Shown here: positions 49,322-63,849 of the stretch, one piece after another
Numbering within the stretch: position 1 is the stretch's first letter
How the letters are laid out: the number at the start of each line of letters is the position of its first letter
Source of the DNA: Gekko japonicus
Taxonomy: Eukaryota
NCBI RefSeq assembly: GCF_001447785.1
Contig: NW_015161425.1
Span: 676,443-740,442 of the forward strand
Direction of reading: 5' to 3'
Length of the DNA stretch: 64,000 bases
The notes under the pieces: generated by a model
The model's input: only the letters and a program-made list of their open reading frames with translations
What the model was told of the DNA's origin: nothing
The model's database searches: none
Made by a program: the position numbers and the translations under genes

Positions 49322-51189
49322 CTGGGGGGGGGGGGGGGGGAGGAAGAGAAAGGACTATTTAAACAAACTGCATTATCAAAACGGGAACATGAACATGACT
49401 AAAGGCACAGGAACAAAGATGAGAGTACCATTGAGGAACCCCTCCATCAGTGCAGATATCCCAACAACTTAAGAAAGCTTTTGGAGCACCGTGTCCCACA
49501 TGGTGGGTGTACACCAGAAAAATTCAAATCTCTACTCACAGAGTTCACTGGGTAGCCTTATGGTAATTCTCTCTAAGCCAAACTTACCTCACAGGGCTGA
49601 GAGAGATATCTAACTGTACAATAAGTTTTAGTTTTTTTCGTACAATACCTTCCTCAGAACTTTTCATATTTAATGACTGCATATTAAACACTATTGAACC
49701 TCTAAGATTTGAGCTTATAAGAGCCTAGTAGAACTTTCTTGCCTCCCTCCTGAAGCACAGTTTGAGAAGCAAGCAATGATACACACAAGTGCAAAAAGAA
49801 TAAGTTATTGTTCAATAAATCTGGGAAAGTAATTCAACAAGTCTCTCAAGCATTGGATATCAAATGGGATTTGCATACTGCCTGGAGACCCCAGTCGAGT
49901 GGCCAGATGGAATAGATGAACAGGACCTTGAAAATGGTCTTAACCAAGATTTGTACTGAAACAAGACTGACTTGGTTGCATGTCCTTAGCTTCTTTACAG
50001 GCTATTACTTCCTAACCAATTAGTGTCTAGAGCCAGCATTTCCCAGTAAAGCCAGAAGACAGGTAGCACTGCCAAAGTCAACACAAGCACCTTTAAGCAA
50101 CAAGCCACAGTTGATGTACACTGCCCATCCACCAGATAATCGGGCAGAACAAACTTCTTGGATAAAAGTAACATTCTTTTTTGCTGTGACCAAAGCCCTC
50201 ATTTTATTGGTAAGAATCACCCAAAGAGAATGACTTTATATAGAAAGAGTCTTACAATCTGAAGAAGTCTTATTTGCAATATTGTTCTGTTATTTAATTA
50301 TCATAAAGGACCAATGGCCTTCTGCTTTCAGGCAGAAACATGAAATATGCCACTTCCATCCTTTCTCCCTATTGGTTTAGCTGAATACTGCACTAAAAAA
50401 ACAGAAACTGGAAAATGTGCAAGAATCTGTTTAGTATTTTTGGCAGTACTGGAGCTGTACAGGATTTCAGCTTCATATACAGACCGCCCCCCCCCCCTTA
50501 AATTCTTCCCTTTAGGAACTTCCCCCAACAGTACCCATTTCACTGGTATCACAGAACGGCAAGAAAGCTGAGATGAACTGCTTAAACTATCCCAGAAATG
50601 GGAGTGACCATTCCACCTCATTATACAGACCTGGTACCCTCAATCTGCTTCTCTTCCATCTTCATCTTTATGTACTATGTCTATTAGATTGTAAAATATT
50701 ATGTTGTATTATAAACCACTTTGGCAGAAAAGTAGAATATAAAAGTATTTAGTAAATAAAGAGACTGAGCGGACTGGCATTTTTTTTTAATATCTGGCTT
50801 TTCACAAATTTGGGGAACCTTTGGCAAGTATGGAACAGCAGAGGAAGGAAAGTTGATGAACACCATGTAGGGAAGGTATAAAGGCCCCAGACCCTCACTG
50901 CATTAGTTATACCCATCTAAATCTTCAGTGCACACAAAATATTTCTAACATTTCTTCATTTAAGTTTTCAAACTTCATAACTGATCTATTTTGACTACAC
51001 TGGTTTCATCATTACTACATAGTCAGTGTAACATATTTTCACCACTTCTACATATTCATAAGAACCTTTAATAGATAAATAGTATATCATGGTGTAAAAG
51101 AAAGTCTATTACATATCTCAGGATATTACATTTGGAACAGATTATAATTTTACTTCTATTTCATTACCATACATTTGTATATGATATTT

Positions 51190-52140
51190 TCTCACTTTAA
51201 GTTTGTCTCCTGCTAGCATAATACAGATAATACATGCTCCATCTTTCCTCAAATTTCGTAACAGACCTGATTCTCAAACAGGTTATTAATTTTGCCATTA
51301 CTGCATATTCAGCAAGTTTATTTCCCCATTCTTCTAAATGTGGACAGACGTCTAGTTTCCATTTTGCTGTGTAAATAGTTGTAGCCGCTGTCACCATGTA
51401 TCTGAATAGCTCCTCACATTTTTGGTAATTTGTCAGGCAGAACACCTAATAACATGCTCTTGGATTCCATTTGGAATTTAAACTTTAATATATTCTGCAT
51501 TTTTAGATGTATTTCTTTCCAATATTTTTGCTTTTTTACAGGTCCACCACATATGAAAGAAGGCTCCACCTATGTCTTGATATTGTCAGCATTTTCCTTT
51601 GTAGTTTTTATTTGCTTCCTCAATGTCCTTTGGAGCTATATACCATCTGAAAAACATTTTGTACCAATTTTCTCTTAGTGTCTGTCTGACTGTAAATTTG
51701 ATATATTTTCCCCATAGTTGTTCCCATTGTTGCATCAATATCTGTTCTATAAGGTTTTGCATCTACTTAAGCATACATTCCTCAATGTCCTTTGGAGCTA
51801 TATACCATCTGAAAAACATTTTGTACCAATTTTCTCTTAGTGTCTGTCTGACTGTAAATTTGATATATTTTCCCCATAGTTGTTCCCATTGTTGCATCAA
51901 TATCTGTTCTATAAGGTTTTGCATCTACTTAAGCATACATTTTTTCACTTGTTAGTCTTCCATTTATAGCTGGAGTAAATCTTGTATATCCATCGTAGTG
52001 AATGCTTTTTGTTTTATAATCAGCTGCTAAAATTCAGTCGCATCTCTTAGAACTCCATCTTCAATACTCATGATCTCTATTAGTCTTGAAATTAATTGAT
52101 ATTTAATATATCAGCCACTGAATATTTACAGCTCCATCTT
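51190..52140 (-). mobile_element. L1-clade LINE ORF2 C-terminal remnant
   Basis: Minus strand GAFFHMWWTCKK (zinc-knuckle region) and LFRYMVTAATTIYTAKWK..P.LEEW..KL.EYA.MAKL; disrupted frames. Confidence 0.78.
51616..51939. repeat. Apparently perfect 2 x 162-bp tandem duplication
   Basis: 51616-51777 equals 51778-51939; the ORF track shows the duplicated peptide. Confidence 0.93.
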
Positions 52141-55100
52141 TAGTATTATTTATTTATTTTTATTGATTTTATTGATTTTTATCCCACCCATTCCGGCCTA
52201 GGCTTGACTTCCCTGTTTATCATCAGGCTGAAAGTTAAAAAAAAAATCATTTTTATTTCTTGTATTCTTACCATAATACACCATATTCTCAGAAGCCCAT
52301 CTCTGATTATGTGTCTTCTTTCTTGTGTTATGACCTTTGTAGTTGATTTCTTAATCCATAAGTAATTGTGTAGGCCTTCTATGTTTTCAAACTTTTTGTG
52401 GATAAAACCCAAGATTTCAGAGAGGCCAAATTTCAAGCTAACCTAGAAACAATTGTCACTGAGCTTAATGGGATTTATTTCTAAGTAAGCTTGCTTAAGG
52501 ACCCAACCTTCGCACCATATTCTGCATACATACAAGGAACATCAATCTGTTCCAGTCTCAGCAAATGTTTCAACAGCTTCTTAAAACTTCAGATAATGAG
52601 GAACTAAACCTTCCAATAGCTGCTGGTTCAGTTGCCCAACACATTGACTAAGACAAGCCCCATTTGAAATTCCTAGTTTGGAGGCTGACATTTCTGGCTG
52701 AACAATGCATTCCCTCCCTCTTAAAACCCTAGTACAATTGCCATCAATGCCTAGTAGTGAACACAATCCCCGCTTGAAACAATGGTCCAAGAGACAGTTA
52801 TCTTCTGGCTTTTGTGGAAGACTATAAGATATGGCTAGACAGATTTGTTTTTCTTTTAACCAAGATAATCAGTGGGGAAGACAACTGTAATTTCAATCAA
52901 GCACTCTGCCAAAGGAACAGAAGAATCACTGGCAAAGCAGTAATGGCTCAAGCTTGGCAAGAAGCCATCTTTATGCACTACTTTATTTGTTCCTGTGTTC
53001 ATATTAACAAAGCTTCTCAGCAGTCTAATTATTCCATAAACAGATTACTGGAGTTGTCTCCCTGGAAAGAAACACGTCTCTCTCTCTCACACACACACAC
53101 AAAATCATCACCCAGCAGAAGTTCGAGGGTACAAACTTGCAAGCCTACTCAGCTGGCTACAAAAAGCAGCCATTTAAAAAGGGACATCCAGCTAGCTGCC
53201 AATCTTTTAAGCTGTGACTTGAAGTACATCTCTATTTCAATTCTGCTGAAATGAAATGAAATGGATTGTATTTATATGTAAGTAGTTAGGATCAGGGCCA
53301 GAACAACTTGACTCCTCTTTATTCTCATAGGAACTTGGATGCAATGTTTACCAGTAAATGTGTTGAATTCAGACACACTACTGGGGGACGACGACACTTC
53401 CTTCTAATAACACTAATAACAAAAACAGGTCCCTGGATCAATTCTGTAATTCCTTAACCCTGCTATTAAAGCTCGCAATACTAGCCTAACTCCAACGGGA
53501 AACTCTTAACTCTCCTCTGCCTATTCCAACTGCAACCGGCATCTCCCATGTACAGCCCTTCCAGATTCCTTGTAGCAGATCCCACACTGGCATATGAATT
53601 GCCTTTTCAGGGGACCGTCCAGGCATCATGCAGCAGATCCTACCAGTTTTTGCACCAAAAACAGTGTCCTAATGAACACACAGAGCCAAAAACCACAGAG
53701 GATGGGACATGCAGTAAAAAGTGGAATCAGGCAACAGCGGGCAGATCCAACCACCCATCCATATTTTTGTCAAATGCCTGACTCTTACTAAGCATCACGT
53801 CAGGCAAAACCACAGTGATAGATTCCATTCAAAATAATCAAGACTAGGCAAATTGACAAGATTGTGATACACAGATCTCTCTGAACAGCGGCTATTTTGA
53901 AGAGACAAACATATTGTCAGCTTTTGACCCCCTGAAAGACATGTTAGTGCATCAGAATTTTTAACACACTCTGCAAAATATCCTCTCAAACACACACACT
54001 TGGAGAATACTCACCCACAATCTGTTTTAAAGAACTCTTCTTAAAAGAGTCAGATAAGTTTGTTATGCACTTCCCTGAGGGTCAAGAAATTCCAGCAGTA
54101 CCAGGAGGAAAGGCCTAAGTTGCTTTATTTACAAACAAAGGACCCAACCTTCTCACCAGTTGCTTTATTTACAAACAAACAGAGCACAAACAGAGGCAAA
54201 GGGGTAATGGCTCTTAACTGTACTGCACCCAGAGTGTTCCAGCCAACTCACAGCTATGTGTCTGCTTTCTTCTTCAAAATCAAGCCTGCCATTTCTCCAC
54301 ACACCCTTTTTCTTCAGCTGGGTAGTGTCACATTTTCCAGGTGCCTTTTATCAGTACCTTTAACATCAGGCAAATATTTTGAGCCATTAACCGAACAAAG
54401 GAACTGGGAGTCTGCAACAGGCTTAAGAGCATCACAGTGGGAATGAGGATTTGGCACACTGCATAGAAGATGAGTTACATCAACCCCCCCCCCACTACCT
54501 GTTGATCTATTTAGTCTTAATGGTATTATAATTTATAATTCGTTTGTCCTGTGATATGAGTCTATGTATAGCGCATTGTCTTGATTGTCATGGTCCATTG
54601 GCCTGTGCAATAAACATCCATTCATTAATACAATTTTATGTCCTACATCAGACATCAGTCAAGATCTACCAGGCCTGTGCATTACTGCAAAGGAGGAAAT
54701 AAGTTACATTCAAATTGCAATGAACAAGTTCCTTCAATTCTCTCCACTCCTAAATGCTCAGTTCTTAATTTATGAATATAATAGCCAGTAGACTTGAGCA
54801 TAGCTCTTAACATTTTGTGTATCAAAGCACGCATGCTTAAAACGGCTACAATACTCCACTTATTTTGACAGGTATGTGTGCAGGTCTGAATGACTGTCTC
54901 CCACTCCCCTCCCCTAAATGCTGTGGAAACCTCACACACTCTTCTGTTTAGTAGAACAGGAAAGGAGAAACCAGAGAAGTGGCGACTGGACTGTTCTCAC
55001 ATACACTCACAACAGGAGGAGGCAGGAACCACCCAGTGCTAAAGTGTAAGTAGGAGGGAAAAAAAGTTCACAGAATGGGATGAAGCCAGCATGGAGGAAG

Positions 55101-55908
55101 ATGAAAAGTTGCCCTGCTGAGAGATCACAAGTTGTTTTAAGGTCACCCTGTGAGATCAAGACTGAGCTCAGATTTTATCCAAGGGCTGCCTGCGAACTCA
55201 CAGCAAATTCTGGGAAATAAGGAACACCTTATTTTCACCATAGAATTGCACTGTCTTTCTGGTACAGTCCCATATCTAAGCTCACTGAAATAAATGGTAA
55301 ATAGCATCACCATGACTAGTTAGCTTTCCCCAGCACCCTACTAAATGGTAGAAAACTTTACCATAAATAGTTCAGGTACCACACTGGACCTTCCTTTCCC
55401 TGTTCCACAACTCGAAAGGGATAGCCATATTAAGCAGTGCAATGGCTGCACATTAAGAGACGCACTTGCCACATAAAAACTGTTATACATACGGGTGCAC
55501 CCTAGACAGAATTCACCTCAAGGATGCCATTTTCAGTGGTGTCCCTACAGTGAATGCAGAGTATATTCCACCTACTAATCAAGCAATAGTATTGCAATAT
55601 GTTATTTTGCAGCTGTTAAAGCAACACCAAGCAGGGCTGTGTAGTATAAACGTCATGGACTGAAAAGTCCAATGTAAGTATCAAGAAGGGTACCACTGCA
55701 GGGGCAAGAAGTCCCATCACACCGCGAATGCAGTGGGGGGGGGGAGAATATTTTTAAAGGGCTTGTTCTTGGACACATGACAAAGCAAAGAGGAAATTCT
55801 ATTCCGAGGCCCCCTTTAGTACTAGTCTAAGCATGTGTACTTGTACAAGCCACCCTCCTTCCTTCACATACTACAACAGGTTAGCTTTCCCACATACACC
55901 AGCAGTTT

Positions 55909-56102
55909 CATAGGTTCCCAAACTTATTTGGCCTACCGCCAAAAGGCTGCTTTAGATAGGTTCTGGACTCTTCTTTCTTTATTCTCCCACTGCCCCCTTA
56001 TTTGTATTCAACAGCCCCCCCCATTGCACCCAAGGCTCCGACCGCCCACCTGGATTGTTCCAGCACCCTCAGGGGGTGGTACTGCCCACTTTGGGAACCA
56101 TT
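55909..56102. mobile_element. Decayed hAT/Charlie-type MITE
   Basis: GGTTCCCAAA...TTTGGGAACC inverted ends; no clear TSD. Confidence 0.5.
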
Positions 56103-56705
56103 AGGGGATCAATAATGTGTGTCTGAACTACTTTAGGCAGTACTAATCGACCATCAGAAACACAGTAGAAAAAAGCTTTCCTGCGCAAAGTTAGCCTCAT
56201 GTGTACAATATTAAACTACAAATCACCAGGAAAATGGCACCTACCAGTTTAAGTGTGGAAGTACCCAAGACAAACTATACTTTTTGAGAACATACTCGTA
56301 TGCTTGATGATGCGACTTCTCAGAGACACCGCAGAAACAAAAGAACTACTATCCAAGAAAAAAGACACCGCAGACAAACCAATTCAGTGTAGAAATTCAC
56401 CCAAATCATTTTGAGACAATTGTCTTTGAGGGAATTTTTCCCACTGCTTTTACGAACAAGTTCTCTTGTATTGTCTCCGAGCACAGAAACAATTTGAATA
56501 AAGCATTGCACAGGAGTACTTTCCACTATCCAAGCACCCCGTTACATACTAAAGAGAATGAATGAATAAAAGTAACTAAAAAGGGAGAGGAAACTGGTCT
56601 TCAAGAAAGGATGGACACAAGTAGACCATAAAAACAGCACATTTACATGCCCTGCACATATGGACTATGTCACCACTCAGTCATATTTATCATTCAAGTC
56701 TTTTA

Positions 56706-56932
56706 GAAGAGGAGGAGATTGGATTTATACCCCGCCCTTCACTCAGGGCGGCTTACAAACTTCTTTCCCTTCCCCTCCCCACAACAGACACCCTGTGAGG
56801 TAGGTGGGGCTGAGAGAACTCTTTCTAGAACTGCTCCTGAAAGAACTATGGCTTGCCCAAGGTCATCCAGCAGCTGCAAGTGGAGGAGTGGGGAATCAAA
56901 CCCGGTTCTCCCAGATTAGAGTCCGTGCACTT
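56706..56932 (-). mobile_element. Squam3-like SINE, 5'-truncated
   Basis: Same body and tail as 11090/47995. Confidence 0.82.
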
Positions 56933-59900
56933 TCACCAAATCTTCCTCAAAATGGTGTTAAAAGCATCTCTAACACGTTCTTTGGCCATTGTTAACAACT
57001 ACTATGGCATCATTTCTCCTTTAACATAGTCTTGTGGCCAGCTCCTTTTCTCAGTTGACCCTTGCTGATCTCTGCCGGTAAAGCTGGTTCCACTGGTCTT
57101 GCTAACATAAAAGAGTCAGGTCTATGTTCTGGCAGTTTGAATTTTCAACAGCATCTGCTGGCTCACACTTCAATCCCAGTATTCAGACCCATAGCAATCA
57201 GCATCACATGATCAGCTACACAAACAGCACCACAGCATTTCCCTCGGTTATTAAAGCATATAATGTAAAGTGCTGCAGTTATGGTTGCACTAACTGTACA
57301 CTGCGGCTCTGACCTGCACACTTGAAAAAACATTTTAAAACTCAGCTGGTCGCAGTAACAGAAGATGTACTTGATGAAAACCCTTCTAGCTATACATGTA
57401 AACATTCTAGTTGTGCTATACCATGTGGGATGGTATACACTAGCTACCTGGGCTTGCTTTATACATACCTAATTACACACAAACTGCAAGTGTAAAAAAT
57501 TAGAAGTCACATCTTTAGAAACAACTCTGAGTCATCAGCGCCGCAATGTGGGGAAGTGCCCAAACTGGGAACATAAATCTGTAGTGTTGATCTGCAGCGG
57601 TTTATTTATTTACAACATTTTTATGCCGCCTTTCCACCCCATCAGGGTCCCTGTAAGGCAGCACACATAAAAACATTTGAACAAATAGAAACAACATTTA
57701 AAATTGTAAACTAATTCAAGAAAAAACAGACACCAGTTATAACCCTCATGAACACAAATTATGACAGTGGTGTTCTACTCCGAGTATCCACTTCCAAAAC
57801 ACATTCTGTCAGCGAGAGCTAAAATGCTCATTGCCAATAATGTAGAAACAGATGCAAAGCATTAAAAGAATCTGTAACACTGAAATCCAATCAAAGCACA
57901 CCAGTGTTTTAGTACATTTTCCCCCCTTTCAAACAACCACCTAACCCTAGCTGGGGTCAGGGGGGAGAGACTACAGTGCCTCCAATGACAATGTCTGACA
58001 GGGTCCCTAGGCAGGCACTGCAGAACATTTTCAGGGCCCTCTAATGACTTTTAGGAAGATCCACCCACACCCTCATGCTTGATAAAACTAACTTCTTGAA
58101 ACACTTTTGGTTACATTTGTATTTTTTATTAATTATCCTAAGAAACATTAACTTGTTTCATTCCTGGCTGTCTCCTTTCAAAGTTGATTCCTGAAGCTCT
58201 CTTCTTCCTTTTCCAATGCTTCTCCTTTCTTGTTGAAGATGGAATGGATGCAGAAAACCGCTTGGAGCACCCAATCTCTGGCTATCTTCTATTTCTTCTA
58301 ATGAACAGTTTTGACTGTTCTGCGCTAGGCTAGTCTGACCAATACTGCTGGTTCCATTATCTCAACAGGCATTTATTGGGGGGGGGGGACAGATGACAAA
58401 TGGCTATCGTGTACATAGGTCCCTCTTTCTCCCAACAGGCAGCTGGACCAAAAAAATGTTTCCGGNNNNNNNNNNNNNNNNNNNNNNNNNNNNNNNNNNN
58501 NNNNNNNNNNNNNNNNNNNNTTCATTAGCCTCTCTGAACCAAAATACAAAACTTTACAAAAGACGTTTGCTTGCAGGACTGCAATTGGGTGCCACTGAAA
58601 TGTCTGTGTAGTTTTGAAACTATGCCTTTAGCACCCCAAGCAGACTGTGCATGCGCTCCAAGATAAAAACGTGAAATTCCAGCAACTGAGTACTTTCTGT
58701 AGCATCTCCAGCCAATGCGGACTCATAGTGCTTTAAAACTGTCAATGTCTTTGACAGACTTCAGGAGAACGACTGAAATGGCCATGTATTTTTCTAGCAG
58801 CCATAAGCAAGCTATGGACACCTGTGCTCATGTTTAGCAATTGTGTCACTACCAGGCTCTTGGCCTACTTTGTTAATTTTATGGTTGTTTTTATTATTTC
58901 ACTATCCTTTTTTTAACCCTGTGAGCGGTCATGAACAGATCTCGGGAATGGCTGAATATAAATTTTCCAGATGAATACCACATTGATGCAGTATGTCATG
59001 CATGAACAGGCAGAAGACCACAATTCCCAACAATAGTCATAATACTTGGATCACAGTCAGATGCAATTTTAGCCCAACTGTTCTAAGCCATTTTCTCATG
59101 ACCCCTGTCATTTGTGGCAAGGAAGACAGGGTTGTTTCCTATCTAGCAGAGTGCGGGTTCATGTTAAGCAATCCATTGTGGTTACCGATACATAGCTCAC
59201 TGTTTAAGAACCGAGCCAGAAACTTGTGGCAATATGTATCAAAGGGCAGGTGATAGTCCGCCAGGCTCTAAACATCAGCAACCAAAGAAGTAAGTTTTGG
59301 AACTGCTTTCTTTGAGGGAAAAATGGATGGAGGTACCTTTCAAGGAAGGCTCAACAGTCTCTATGAAATCCAGGAACCCTTCCTCAAAATAAACATGGCC
59401 AATTCCTTCCTATTATTTTCTCCACAGTAGGCTACTACAGTGCTTGTGTGGAGCTATCTGCTGGTGAAGGTGACAATGCAGATACCGCCCTGGCACTGAG
59501 CAAATGCCCCTTCAGGAACTGCAAAGAGAAATGACACCAAACGGAAAAGGCCCTTCCCTTAGCAGGTGGTCCCTGATTCTACATCTGAGTCCCCACCCTT
59601 TTCAGATGGTGAAACTGAGTAATCAGAGGACATAACAAAGGGCTGTAACTTCCTTTCCCTCTAACTGTGCGTGGGTGCTGGGTCCGGAATCAGATAACTA
59701 ACGGCAGCAGCTTTCGCCTTTGCAGCTTACTGGGAAACTGCTCAGGAAAAGCAACTAAACAGGCGGTTAATGGGATGACAGAAGATGGCATGCTGATCTC
59801 TCTCTCAGCAGCACTGAAGTCGCTTCCTCCTGTTCACGCATCTCCTGATCAACTTTACACATGTCCTGTTGTTGAGATTCGTCCTGGACAAGCATTTCTT

Positions 59901-61011
59901 GTACAGCCGTATAATCTGTTCTGCAAACCGTCTCCACAGCGGCACAAACACAGCAACGGGCACTCCTCTGTGCGACAGCTGTCGCTCTCTTCTTCTGCCG
60001 ATTGTGTTTTGCTCACTGTGCTAGACACGCTGCACTGTGCAGAGAGAGAAAGAAGCCCATCGTTATGGCATCAGAAGCAAGAACCTGAACTTACACACAC
60101 AATTCCGAGACATATCAGTGTGACACCCATGAAGACAGAAGTAGTTAAAATTAAAAAGTGAGCAACCACTCCCCCCCCCGTCACACACTCCCAACCGGCA
60201 TTCACAACTCTGCCCAATTCTGTTCACAACAAAGATGTCTGCCACAAGTTACACTGGGTGTAGATAAAGCTTTTGAAAAGACTCCCTAATACCTTCCCCT
60301 GAAATGCACATGCAAATGTCATTTACTCACCACATGAACAGTCCAGATGGGAACAGTTGCACAGGTGGTTTCCAAGGCTCCACAAATCACAGAACCTGAA
60401 GTCACCACATGCACTGTATTTGACTGGTGGGCAGACTGCGGGGTCTTCAAGGCCATACTGTCAGTTAATCAGATGAGGACTGTGCATCTGTTTTCAGCTG
60501 ACAACACACATAATGTTGAATAGTAGAAAATGGGAGAGAAACTTCTCTTACACAGAACAGATAACAGAATATTTGTGAATGAAGTGTTGGAAATTAGAGA
60601 TGTCGTGTGAGTGCCTGCCTCACAAGGGCTATTCTGGGGAGCACCAGCTGGAAAGTATTTTCTCCTTTTGAACAAATGAAACGCTTAAAGATTTTATTCG
60701 CTTAATGTGTAGCAGACAGATTTTTATGTAAAACAAGCCTATAGCAATAAATATTTATTTATTCCTCATATTTCTACCCCGCCCTCCCAGCCAAAGCCTG
60801 TGAACAAACATATAAAGCATATGTAAGGATATGTTTATTCTTCAAATATGACTAATTCAGTCCACAATTAATTTGTTATAATGCATACAATAATACACTA
60901 TTAAAGAGTTCAAAGTTTTCAGCGCCACAAAGCTTAACATGGTATCCAAATACACTGTACATCTTTTAAGTTTATATGTCACTAGTTCTTTCTAAACAAT
61001 TCAACAACAAA

Positions 61012-61132
61012 AATTTTGTATTTTCCATTTTTATTTTTCTCAGCCTCTCAGATGACAAAAACTAAGATACATCAATTTTGTATTTTCCATTTTAATTTTT
61101 CTCAGCCTCTCAGATGACAATAACTAAGATAC
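61012..61132. repeat. 2 x ~62-bp tandem duplication
   Basis: AATTTTGTATTTTCCATTTT...CAGATGACAA.AACTAAGATAC repeated with few differences. Confidence 0.88.
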
Positions 61133-63279
61133 CTACATGTACTAACGTGGCACAGGGTTCAGTAGTCTCCAACTCTCTCACTCTGCCATTGGGTATATTC
61201 AGTTCTGCTTTCAGAAAACTAACAGTGCTATCCCAAGCAAACGTATAGCCTCTAAATCCAGTGAAGCCAGTGGTCTTATATTAGGCTAGAACTCTGCTTC
61301 GGCTGTCACTATAAGGCACCCCTGATTTTTAATTTCATAAATGTGCCAAGTATTAAACAACACTTATTAAGTTGTTAATTTCCCCCGTGACTTCAAAATT
61401 TCCAGAAATTTTATTATCTTTGTTGACAATATTATGGAAGTTGCTATACAAAAGAGGCAGTAAACATTATCAAGATGAATAATGATTCGCTTCTGAACTG
61501 GTGCATGCCATGGACTTCTATTCTAAAAGTTATAACAAGGAAAATAGTTCTTCAGTGGATAGTCACCATTCCCTGCTCTACTCCTTCTTGTTTGCTTATA
61601 TACATACTCCCTCCCTAGCCCAGTATGTAACACAAGATTACTCTCCCCTTGCAGCTTCAGACACCTGGAGAATGAAAGCTACAACAGGAGAAAGAAACTA
61701 TCCCATAACTTGTAGAATGGGATTTAATGAAGCATGCTTGCTGTTTTCCCTGCCAGCATTTATGAGTTTATATTATGTTTTATTTAATTGTTTTAAATAT
61801 TACGTATATTTGTTTTTTAAATGTCTCAAATGTTTCCCTCATTTTTATGCAGAAAACTAAACAAGGGAAGAAGAAAGGAGTTGAAGAGAGGCCTGGTATA
61901 ATAAATTGCGCTGATCTCTATATTTGAGAATTGAAAGGTTCACACATAAAAGACGATGAGAGAGGTCAGAGTCTCTAGCCTCTCATGCCATGAAGATAAA
62001 AGTGCAATAAAGGTAAACAAAAACTAATTAAGAAAGACTTTTTGAAAGAAAAGGATTATGGCATGTATTTACAATACTTTATCATTTCCATTACTTCCAA
62101 TAGCTTGTCTGTGTTCTCTATTTACTGCCATACATTTTGTATTTATTTAGAAGACTTATATCCCGCTTTTCAGCCCAATCAAAGCCACCAAGGGAGCTAA
62201 TTAAAAAACAAGTTGTTAAAAAACACATCATAATACAAGTTCAAAACCAGAACTAAAATGACACTTACATGTACAGAAACCATCAATTAAAAATGCAGGG
62301 TAGGGACGAACATCAGGTGAATCAAATGCCATTGTATGTCTTTCAAAGTAACATGTTTAGTAGTGGGATGCCATTCGTTACCAGAAATTATTCAGCAGAT
62401 GAACAACAGCCCAGTATTTTCACCAGATAATCCCAACACTCCGATTTAAAGGAGTTTAATTCCAAGGAAACTCCTAGACACTGATGATGTTAATGAAGAA
62501 AGAGAGGGAGCATACATATTCTTAGAGAAGAGATGTGAAGCTGGAATATAATCCTGATGCAGTCTAAGCAGGTATGGGCCTTGCCATTACTTGAAACGCA
62601 TAATGATCTCTTCTTTGAGGCTATGCAGGTTGGGGTGTTACTGACCATCTCTGCCTAGCCTTCCTCAAAAGGAAGTTAAGGTAAAAGAGAATGTACTTTT
62701 ACCATCCAATGGAGCAGATACACTATTCATTCTACTAGAGTCAACTAGATGTAAACACATTAGCAATACGTGTAGCACACGCCTTCTCCAGGCACTCCAA
62801 CAACTTGCCTGTACTTAGCCCTAGCTGAGAAGCTTGCAGCCGCCACCACCACCACCCAGCCAACAAGCTTTTGCTAAAGCATTCTATGTACTGTGAATTG
62901 CTAGGGAGAAAAAAGAGAATGGTAATGTTTGGCTAAAAATAGAATTATAACAATGACAATATTAGTTCTTTTTAAAAAACTCCAGTAAGCTGCTCCAAAC
63001 GTCCTGCACGACACATGGCCTATGAATGTAGCTAATAAACATATCTAGTAAATGTCAATAAAATAAATGGCACATCTCTTGACTGGAAAGTATAGCATAC
63101 TGTCTCTTTCACCTTAGCTTACATAGAAGGAAAGTAAATTAGTCACAGAGAGTTGGTAACCAAAGGTTCTCAAACAAACCTCTGGCTTCATCAAGGATGG
63201 GAACTCAGGCACCTCTGATCAAAGACCAAATGAAGTGAGATTTGTTTCCTCAGACTGCACATTTACTGATTTCAATGGG

Positions 63280-63477
63280 ATGGGGTTGCCAACTGAGTCG
63301 GGAAATACCTGGAGATTTTGGGGGTGTAACCTGAAGAGGGCAGGGTTTGGGGAGGGACTCCAATGGGCCAAAATGCCATAAAGTCCACCTTCCAAAGCAA
63401 CCATTTTCTCCAGGTCTCCAGATCAGCTGTACTCCCAGGAGATCTCCAGCCACCACCTGGAGACTGGCAAACCTAGG
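63280..63477 (+). mobile_element. ~200-bp Blackjack-like MITE
   Basis: GGGGTTGCCA...GGGAAATACCTGGAG...CTGGCAAACCTA. Confidence 0.78.
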
Positions 63478-63849
63478 GTAATTTTATATATTTGTGATTG
63501 CTTTTATAAATATATAAGCCTCGTTTTGGAAGTTCACAAGGACCTTTCAAAATCTTGCCCTTGGCAAATGAAAACTTAGACGGTAAAAGTGCAAAAGGTG
63601 GCCACCCCCCCGACAAGCATTCCCGTGCTAGTTTTGCTTTATCATTGATTTATTCAAAGCATAAAAGTAGCCTCGAAAAACAATGGCAGCCCTATACCCA
63701 ATCCGGCTTTTACATCAAAACACTTTCCTCTGTGGCCTGGGAAGCAGTTGGTCAGAATGGTCCCGGCAAAGTCCGTGGCCAAGAGAAGGCAACATCATCC
63801 CGCACTGGCTCCATCATCAAGTCACAGACTGCAACCATTTTGGATATAG

